Source: a bacterium (GTDB taxonomy: Bacteria > Planctomycetota > JAFGQW01). Taken from it: a DNA stretch of 64,000 nucleotides. Location of the stretch: contig JAUHXU010000004.1 of assembly GCA_030426805.1 (NCBI GenBank), positions 46,792 through 110,791 of the forward strand, written 5' to 3'. The notes beneath the pieces are model-generated. The model was not told the DNA's origin and ran no database searches. It was given only the letters and a program-made list of their open reading frames with translations. The position numbers and the translations under genes were made by a program. Within the stretch, counting starts at the first letter, position 1. Each line of letters starts with the position of its first letter. Below, piece by piece: positions 54,402 to 61,236 of this stretch.

Positions 54402-56195
54402 TCAGGAGGTCGTCGGCTCGTCGGGACGGTCCGCTTGAGAGTCGGCGGCTTGATCGGCACCGGTGGTCCACGCCTTCAGCACGACCTCGATGCGGCCGTC
54501 GGCGGCCGACTTGATGTTCGGCGCGTAGGCGACGTCGAACCGCGTGCGCGGCAGCCGCGGGGGGGTACCCGTGGACGGCGGGAGGAGCGCGGAGATCGGC
54601 TGGTCGGTCGCGTCGTCGACGAGGAGCGTCCGGAACTGTCGCCGGCCGCCGCCGCTCGGCTTGATCGGGCCGGCCGTTCGGACCTGGTGGCCGAGGAAGA
54701 TCGGCGCCCGGTTGGCCGGGCCGAACGGTGCGAGCCGGTCCAACTCGCGCATCGACGGGATCCGGAGTGCGCCGAGGGGGACGATCGCGTCGACGTCGAT
54801 CCACGGGCCGCGCTCGAACGTCGCGAGCGCGCCTTCCAACGCGGCGCGCAGTGCGGCGACCGCGTCGTCCACGGCGTCCGCGCCGACCGACAGGCCGATC
54901 GCACCGGCGTGTCCCCCGAACGTCCGCAAGCGTTCGCCGCACGTCGTGACGACCTCGAGGAGGTTGAAGCCCGGCACGCTTCGTCCCGAGCCGCGGCCGA
55001 CGCCGTCGTTGACGCCGATCAGCACGACGGGGACCCCATGCGCATCGACGAGGCGCGATGCGACGATGCCGAGCACGCCGGGACTCCACCCCTCGCGCGC
55101 GAGGACGATGCCGGCGCGCGGCGACGGGCCGCCCGCGTCGGCGAGCATCCGCTCCGCTTGACGGACGATCGAGCGTTCGATCGACTGGCGGCGCTGGTTG
55201 AGTGTGTCGAGCCGATTGGCCGCGTCGATCGCCGGTTGGTAGGACGTCGCGGTGAGCAACTCGAGCGCGTCGGTCGGGGTGCCCATGCGTCCGGCGGCGT
55301 TCAGGCGCGGTCCGAGCTTGAAGCCGAGGTCGCGGGGGGCGAGCGGACGTCCGGCGAGACCGGCCACTTCGATCAGCGCCCGGAGCCCCGGGTTGGTCGA
55401 CTGCGCGAGGCTGCGGAGCCCGTGCGTGACGAGGATCCGGTTCTCGTCGACGAGCGGCACGACGTCGCACACGGTGCCGAGGGTCGCGAGCGCCGCGGCC
55501 TCGAGGAGGAACGCGCGCAGTTCGTCGGTGAGGCGGCGCTGCGGGCTGAACGCGTCGATCATCGCGGTGGCGAACTTGAACGCGACGCCCACCCCGGCGA
55601 GCCGCTTGAACGGATACGTGCAGTCGGCGCGCATCGGGTTGACGACCGCGAGCGCCGGCGGGAGTTCCGCCGGCGGGACGTGGTGGTCGGTCACGATGAC
55701 GTCGACGCCTGCCGCACCGAGCCGCGCGACGCCGGCGGCGTCGGAGACGCCGCAGTCCACCGTGATCACGAGATCGACCGGGTCGCCGTCGAGGATGCGC
55801 GCGGCCGCGTTTTCCGACAGGCCGTAGCCGTCGCGCATCCGGTCGGGGATCATCGTGCGCACCGGGTGGGCCATCACGTCGAACAGGCGTTCGAGAAGCG
55901 CGACCGAGCTGATCCCGTCGACGTCGTAGTCGCCGAAGACCAGGATGCGCTCGCGTTCACGGAGCGCACGGCGGACGCGCTCGACGGCGACCTCCATCCC
56001 GGCCATCGCGAGCGGGTCGTGCAGGTCCGACCAATCGGGGCGGAGGAAGGCCGCGGCGTCGGTCGGCGTCCGGTGGCCGCGCTGGACGAGCACCTGCGCG
56101 AGCAGGGTCGACACGCCGAGTCGCTCGGCGAGCGCGGTCGCGGCCGGCTCGTCGAGCGCCGGCTCGGTCCACGGCGCATTCGTCGGCTTCGTCAT
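54402..56195 (-). CDS. recJ: single-stranded-DNA-specific exonuclease
   Basis: DHH motifs ILVFGDYDVDGISS and VIVTDHH, then DHHA1 and OB-fold regions. Start taken at MTKPT. Confidence 0.9.
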   Translation of the reverse strand: MTKPTNAPWTEPALDEPAATALAERLGVSTLLAQVLVQRGHRTPTDAAAFLRPDWSDLHDPLAMAGMEVAVERVRRALRERERILVFGDYDVDGISSVALLERLFDVMAHPVRTMIPDRMRDGYGLSENAAARILDGDPVDLVITVDCGVSDAAGVARLGAAGVDVIVTDHHVPPAELPPALAVVNPMRADCTYPFKRLAGVGVAFKFATAMIDAFSPQRRLTDELRAFLLEAAALATLGTVCDVVPLVDENRILVTHGLRSLAQSTNPGLRALIEVAGLAGRPLAPRDLGFKLGPRLNAAGRMGTPTDALELLTATSYQPAIDAANRLDTLNQRRQSIERSIVRQAERMLADAGGPSPRAGIVLAREGWSPGVLGIVASRLVDAHGVPVVLIGVNDGVGRGSGRSVPGFNLLEVVTTCGERLRTFGGHAGAIGLSVGADAVDDAVAALRAALEGALATFERGPWIDVDAIVPLGALRIPSMRELDRLAPFGPANRAPIFLGHQVRTAGPIKPSGGGRRQFRTLLVDDATDQPISALLPPSTGTPPRLPRTRFDVAYAPNIKSAADGRIEVVLKAWTTGADQAADSQADRPDEPTTS

Positions 56196-56278
56196 CGTCG
56201 GCATCCCGGGGGTTGCGGGGACCGTGAACGAAAAAGGCACCCACGACGTCGCGCGCCGCAGGTGCCTCTCGGTGTATG

Positions 56279-56356
56279 TGGTACCCCCAAGGGGATTCGA
56301 ACCCCTGTCTGATGGCTGAGAACCACCTGTCCTAGGCCGGGCTAGACGATGAGGGC
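56279..56356 (-). tRNA. tRNA-Glu (anticodon CUC)
   Basis: Manual fold gives acceptor GCCCUCA/UGGGGGU, D-arm GUCU..GGAC, anticodon stem GGUGG/CCAUC with loop UUCUCAG (CUC), T-arm AGGGG-UUCGAAU-CCCCU, discriminator A and encoded CCA. Closely parallels E. coli tRNA-Glu. Confidence 0.75.
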
Positions 56357-56518
56357 ACTGATTCGAGGATTGTGCCTTTCGTATCCGCCATCCGGGCGGG
56401 AAAGTCAAGCGACCACCGGCGAAAACGCCCGTCACCGGGGTTTTCGCGTGGGCCCCGTTGCCGCACCCCGCTTCTCTCGGCAAGCGGGCGTCGTGTGCGC
56501 CCCGACGAGGAGCGTTCG

Positions 56519-56836
56519 ATGAAGAACCAGCGCTGCGATTTTCGACCCGATTTGCCGCCGTCCACACCCGAGGAGCGAAAGCGTCAGTGGGAGGGCGTCA
56601 AGCGCGACTACCCGCTCGTCGCCGCGAACTATCTGCTGATGCTCCACGAGACGGCTCAGTTCCGCATCCGCGCGGAGTACGCGCACACCCACTACTTCGG
56701 CGTGATCAGCGGTGCCGCGCTCGATGACGACGGACCGACGTCGACACTGTCGATCGACGATTGCGGTCACGCACGCAACGACGCGGACCTCGAGCGTTGG
56801 TTCGGCTGCGTCGAGCGCGTGATCTCGCACGTGTGA
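56519..56836 (+). CDS. hypothetical small protein (105 aa) between two tRNA genes
   Basis: ATG has a GAGGAG RBS 8 nt upstream. No recognisable family. Confidence 0.35.
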   Translation: MKNQRCDFRPDLPPSTPEERKRQWEGVKRDYPLVAANYLLMLHETAQFRIRAEYAHTHYFGVISGAALDDDGPTSTLSIDDCGHARNDADLERWFGCVERVISHV

Positions 56837-57190
56837 CGGCGCGGCGCGCGCGGCAAAGAAAACGCCGGCCTCCGCCCCGGGTGGAAGCGCTGCGGTGAGG
56901 GTGCAGCGTGCCTGGGGCGGTGGCCGGCTGGAGAGATCGCCGCAGACGGTGAGCCGAGAACGCGAAGGGGGAGTGCGTTCATGACGGCCGGTCTGCGACG
57001 AGCGCAACGTGCGCACCGCACGCGTGGTGCGGTCCGGTTGATTCGATCCGTTTCGTGTTTCTTGCTACCCGCTTGAGAGCGCGCATTGGAGCACGTCGTC
57101 TCGCCTGGTGTCAAGCGCACGGTCGTGCAGCGCGGTATGGTGTGCGATCGAATCGGGGCGGCGCGATGCCGGAGGGAGGCGGGAGGAAGA

Positions 57191-57265
57191 TGGCTGGGGA
57201 ACTAGGATTCGAACCTAGACCGGCGGATCCAGAGTCCGCTGTCCTACCATTAGACGATTCCCCAG
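57191..57265 (-). tRNA. tRNA-Gln (anticodon CUG)
   Basis: Acceptor UGGGGAA/UUCCCCA, discriminator G, CCA. Anticodon stem GCGGA/UCCGC with loop CUCUGGA. T-arm GGUUCGAAUCC. Parallels E. coli tRNA-Gln. Confidence 0.75.
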
Positions 57266-57312
57266 CGGAATGATGGTAGTGCGGTAAGTTTCGTCACAAC
57301 CTGTGGGTGGGA

Positions 57313-58185
57313 TCAACCAGAAATCGCGGAATTGTCGCGCCGGGTCGGTGCGGGGGGCAGCGGCGGGATCTCGCGCTTGCGACTCTCGCGGAGGACGTTG
57401 GCGATGTATTCCGCGAGCGTCTTCACGCCGGCGGCCGGATCGTCCATCGCGACCGACTCGGTGTTCTGGAGGTCTTCGATCAGTTCGCGGATGTCGTCGG
57501 TCACGCGCCGGATCTGCTCGATCCCGGTCTTCACCAGCGTCGGTGTCGCTTCGCCTTTGACGTCGTCGGTGAACTTCGAGAAGCCGCTGAACACGAAGTT
57601 CATGCCGGTCTGCAACTGGCGTCCCGCCTCGACGAGTTGCGGCAGCACGCGCTCGTTGCCCGCGTAGGGCGCGCGGGAACGGATGTCGGCGACAGCGCTC
57701 TGGTAGAAGCGCGCGAGTTGCAGCGCGGTTTCGCCGATCTCGCTGAGCTGTTCGAGGTGGTGGATTCGCGCATACTGCGTGCCGAGGCGACGCGTGTAGT
57801 CGTCGAAGTCGCGCTTGGCCGCGAGGATCGCTTCGGTCTCGGGCGGGTCGCCGCCGTCTTGGCGCTTGCGCAGGTCGTAGGTCGTCCGGAACAGCGCGGT
57901 GAACTGATCGTCGAAGTTGCGCAGGATCGTCTCGGCGTTCGGAATCCTGCCGGCGCGCCGCACCTTTGTGTAGGCCTCGCGCAGCTTCGTGCGCATGTCG
58001 TTCGCCTCGCCGACCGTCGCATTCAACTCGCTGAACAGGCGCGTCCGTTGCCGCGCCTTCGAGTAGGAGACGAGGACGACCGGCACGGCGACCACCGTCA
58101 CGACGACGATCGCGATCAGGAGCGGGATCCACGACCGGCCGCGCACGCGGGCCGGCGGAGAGAACGGGGGGGCGTCGGGCTTCAC
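57313..58185 (-). CDS. hypothetical membrane-anchored protein (N-terminal TM, alpha-helical ectodomain)
   Basis: GTG start. TM WIPLLIAIVVVTVVAVPVVLV. Amino-acid composition is balanced, unlike the R/G/D-rich antisense frame. Confidence 0.5.
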   Translation of the reverse strand: MKPDAPPFSPPARVRGRSWIPLLIAIVVVTVVAVPVVLVSYSKARQRTRLFSELNATVGEANDMRTKLREAYTKVRRAGRIPNAETILRNFDDQFTALFRTTYDLRKRQDGGDPPETEAILAAKRDFDDYTRRLGTQYARIHHLEQLSEIGETALQLARFYQSAVADIRSRAPYAGNERVLPQLVEAGRQLQTGMNFVFSGFSKFTDDVKGEATPTLVKTGIEQIRRVTDDIRELIEDLQNTESVAMDDPAAGVKTLAEYIANVLRESRKREIPPLPPAPTRRDNSAISG

Positions 58186-58240
58186 GACGGCAGGGTACCC
58201 GCGGCGCGGGCCGGTGCCAAGCGGGGAGGTCGCTTCCGCG

Positions 58241-59371
58241 TCAGTCGCCGGCGGTGACGATGCGGACGAGCAGGTAGATCAGCGACAGGAACAGCCCGGC
58301 CATCGCGCCGAGCGCGAGCCCGACGACGAGCCGCGTGCTCTGCTCGGACTCGACCGGGTTTGCGGTCGGGCCCTCGACGATGTCGAATCGGTCGCGGGAC
58401 TTCTCCTCCAGGCGCGCGACGTATTCGGCCTGCGCCGTCACGTCCTTCTGGTGGTCTTCGAGTCGCTTCTTCGTCTTGTCGTGCTTGTCGCGCCGGTGGG
58501 CGAGCTGCTGGAGAACGGTCGGCCGGCGATCGCGAATGGCGTCGAATTGGATCAACTCGCGAGCCAGCACCGCGGCGCGTTCGGCTGCGTCCGGTGCGCC
58601 GGAGTGTTCGAGTTGCTTCTTCTCGGCCTTCTTCTCGGCGATGATCGTGTCGATCTCCGGCGGGTCCCCGATCAACAGCGCGTTGTCCCGGTCGGCGCGG
58701 AACGCTTCGAGGCGCTTCTTGTCGAGGTCGTAGTCGTCCGTGAAGATCTTCGTCTGCTGACGCAGGCTGTCGAGCTTGCGCCGCTCGGCCTTGAGCAGGT
58801 TGCGGACCGTGTGTCGCAGGTAGACGTCGCGGACCCGCCGGAGCAACTCCTCGAGCTGTTCCGGCTCGTTCGACGGCACCGTCACCGCGACGTCGACGAG
58901 ATACGAGTCCTCGCCGATGGCCCGTTCGACCTTGCAGCGGATGTGCTCGCCGATCTGCTCCAGCAGGAACGCGCGACCGGCCTCGTCGCGCTTCTCGTAG
59001 AGCGGGAGCCCCTGCACCGCTTCCTTGAGCTTGTGCCGGCTGCGGATCTCGCGCTGGACGGACTGCGGGTCCATCATCGCGGTGCTTCCGCCCGCGCTGT
59101 CCTCGCGGTTGAGCTGCGGATCGATCCGGAACGTCATCTCGGCGAGGTGGCGCGGCGGCAGGCCGGTGAAGTGCTTCTGCACGAGCACGAACACGGCTGC
59201 CGCCGGGATCAGGAACAGCGCGCCGTAGCCGAGGTAGCGCCTCAGGCGCTTCGGTGGGGTGGTTCGGTAGTGGCGATCCATCGAACTTCCGCGTTCGGTC
59301 GGGGCAACGGGTTCCGGGGGCACGGCCCCGGAGACTTCGTCGACGTCCGGAGAGCGCGATCCCAAGGACAT
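58241..59371 (-). CDS. polysaccharide co-polymerase (Wzz/GumC-like chain-length determinant) family protein, putative
   Basis: TM1 LGYGALFLIPAAAVFVLV, a long charged coiled-coil periplasmic region, and C-terminal TM2 LVVGLALGAMAGLFLSLIYLLV. No kinase domain. The internal Met 31 (MDRHY) is an alternative start. Confidence 0.4.
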   Translation of the reverse strand: MSLGSRSPDVDEVSGAVPPEPVAPTERGSSMDRHYRTTPPKRLRRYLGYGALFLIPAAAVFVLVQKHFTGLPPRHLAEMTFRIDPQLNREDSAGGSTAMMDPQSVQREIRSRHKLKEAVQGLPLYEKRDEAGRAFLLEQIGEHIRCKVERAIGEDSYLVDVAVTVPSNEPEQLEELLRRVRDVYLRHTVRNLLKAERRKLDSLRQQTKIFTDDYDLDKKRLEAFRADRDNALLIGDPPEIDTIIAEKKAEKKQLEHSGAPDAAERAAVLARELIQFDAIRDRRPTVLQQLAHRRDKHDKTKKRLEDHQKDVTAQAEYVARLEEKSRDRFDIVEGPTANPVESEQSTRLVVGLALGAMAGLFLSLIYLLVRIVTAGD

Positions 59372-59474
59372 CCAGCGTATCCTTGGAACTTTGTGCGGCC
59401 AAGCGCTTTCCGTCAGAGAGTTTTTCGCGGGTTCGCCGGTGCCGCCGTGGGGTCGGCGGTCCCGGACGGAGACG

Positions 59475-60386
59475 CTACTTCGCGCAGCGGAAGCCGAGCT
59501 CGACGAGGAGCCTGTCGCGCAACGACGTCGGCTTCGGGTTCATGTGGACGACCTTCGCGAGCAGGCAGTCCATGTCGCTCTGCGTGTTGTAGTTCGGCCC
59601 ACAGATCGCGTGCAGTCGCAGGGTCTGCCGCTCGCCCTTGATCACCTTGCCGGTGTCGTCCGCGACGTTGAAGCTCGCGGTCTGCGTCGTCGTCGCCCAC
59701 TCCGACGCGTTGCCGCCCATGCCGATCGCGCCGGTCGCGCTACGGTCCTTGCCGTTGCGCTCGCTGTTGACGGCGACCAGCTCCGGAATCGCGCCGGGCC
59801 ACGAGGCCGACACGTTGTAGCGCGTCGCATCGAACGTGTCGCCGTTGGTCCACATGTTGCCCTCGGTGCCGCGCGCGGCGTACTCCCACTCGTAGCGGGT
59901 CGGCAGGCGCTTGCCGCGCCACTGCGCGTACGCCTCGGCCGCCTCGTACGGGATGCCCGTCACCGGGTAGTTGCCCTTGCCCTTCTTGTAGCGGCCCTTC
60001 GACCAGTACGGGTGACTCGGGGCCATCTGGTGCTTCGGGCGGTAGGCCTTCTTCGTCTCCTTGTCGAGCTGCTTGTAGAACTCCCAGTAGTTGTGGAGCG
60101 TCACCTCGTACTTGTCGATCTGGAAGCCCTCGACGCGGCGATTGCGCGCGCTCTCCTTCTTGCGCGACGCTTTCCGCATGCTCGCGAGCATCTTCTTGTT
60201 CTTGTACCCGATGACCGCCTCGCCGGCCGGCACCGAGACCATGTTCGACGTGCCCTCGTCGCTGATCGCGTCCGCGTCGGGCTCGAAGGAGCCGCCACCG
60301 CCACCGCCGCCACCACCGCAACCGACCAGCGGCAGGAGGGCGAACGAGGCGAACAGTCCGAGGCGGGTGAACGGGGTCGACTTCAT
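59475..60386 (-). CDS. formylglycine-generating-enzyme-family (SUMF1/FGE-sulfatase domain) lipoprotein
   Basis: Lipobox LVGC followed by a 9-Gly run. GIPYEAAEAYAQWRGKRLPTRYEWEYAARG matches the FGE family core LPTEAEWEYAARG. Confidence 0.7.
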   Translation of the reverse strand: MKSTPFTRLGLFASFALLPLVGCGGGGGGGGGSFEPDADAISDEGTSNMVSVPAGEAVIGYKNKKMLASMRKASRKKESARNRRVEGFQIDKYEVTLHNYWEFYKQLDKETKKAYRPKHQMAPSHPYWSKGRYKKGKGNYPVTGIPYEAAEAYAQWRGKRLPTRYEWEYAARGTEGNMWTNGDTFDATRYNVSASWPGAIPELVAVNSERNGKDRSATGAIGMGGNASEWATTTQTASFNVADDTGKVIKGERQTLRLHAICGPNYNTQSDMDCLLAKVVHMNPKPTSLRDRLLVELGFRCAK

Positions 60387-60450
60387 CGGTGTGGGCTCCT
60401 GTCGCGTCTGACGGGGCGCGGCTCATCGCGGCCGGCGCCGGGGCGCTATC

Positions 60451-61236
60451 CTACTGGTCGCGTCGAATCGTTTCCACCGCGCTGACGAAGAACGCGAGCC
60501 CGTCGGGGGCCCGGTCGGCGGCGGCGCGGCGGGCCGGGTGGTGCTCCGGAAGCACGTTGCGCTCCGGGTGGGGCATCAGTCCCAGCACCCGACCCGTCGG
60601 ATCGGTGATGCCGGCGATGTCGCGGGCCGAGCCGTTCGGGTTCCAGGGCGCGCCGGCCGGGCGCCCGTCGGGATCGGCGTAGCGCAGCGCGATCTGGCCG
60701 TTGGCGGCGAGCCGGTCCAGGACCGCGTCGTCTCGCGCGACGAGCTTTCCCTCCGCGTGGGCGATCGGCACGTAGATCGTCTTCGGGACGTGGCGCAGGA
60801 ACGGGCTGTTCGAGGACTCGACAGCGAGGTGGACCCACCGGTCGACGTAGTGGCCGCAGTCGTTCCAGGTCAGCGACAGGTCGGGGCTCGCGCGCTCGGG
60901 CGCGACGTCGGGGAGCAGCCCGAGTTTGACGAGCACCTGAAAGCCGTTGCAGATGCCGAGCACGAGCCCGCCGCGGTCGATCAGCGCGCGGAGCGGTTCG
61001 CCGAGCGTGGCGCGCACCTCTTCGGCCTGGATCCGGCCGGCACCGAGGTCGTCGCCGTAGCTGAAGCCGCCGGGGAAGACGACGATCCGCGCCCGCTCGA
61101 GGTCCGACCGGTCGCGATCGACCTCGCGGATGTGCCGGACGACCGGGGTCGCGCCGGCCATCGCGAGCGCGCGTGCGGTCTCGTGCTCACAGTTCGTGCC
61201 GGGTGCGCGGAGCACGAGCGCGTCGATCGTCGTCAT
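60451..61236 (-). CDS. purQ: phosphoribosylformylglycinamidine synthase subunit PurQ (glutaminase)
   Basis: GATase-1 motifs VFPGGFSYGD, catalytic Cys in GICNGFQVL, and HxE in MPHPER. ATGA overlap with the purL stop. Confidence 0.9.
   Translation of the reverse strand: MTTIDALVLRAPGTNCEHETARALAMAGATPVVRHIREVDRDRSDLERARIVVFPGGFSYGDDLGAGRIQAEEVRATLGEPLRALIDRGGLVLGICNGFQVLVKLGLLPDVAPERASPDLSLTWNDCGHYVDRWVHLAVESSNSPFLRHVPKTIYVPIAHAEGKLVARDDAVLDRLAANGQIALRYADPDGRPAGAPWNPNGSARDIAGITDPTGRVLGLMPHPERNVLPEHHPARRAAADRAPDGLAFFVSAVETIRRDQ

Noticed and set aside
56837-57190. Possible third tRNA or integrase-related element between the two tRNAs
   Set aside because: Only a T-arm-like fragment and a hairpin are present. 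No cloverleaf could be folded and no integrase ORF exists.
57303-58257. 316-aa plus-strand ORF
   Set aside because: It is antisense to the compositionally normal membrane protein 57313..58185. It is R/G/D/V-rich and lacks an RBS.
59391-60485. 364-aa plus-strand ORF with TTG start
   Set aside because: It is antisense to the FGE-family lipoprotein gene, which has clear family motifs.
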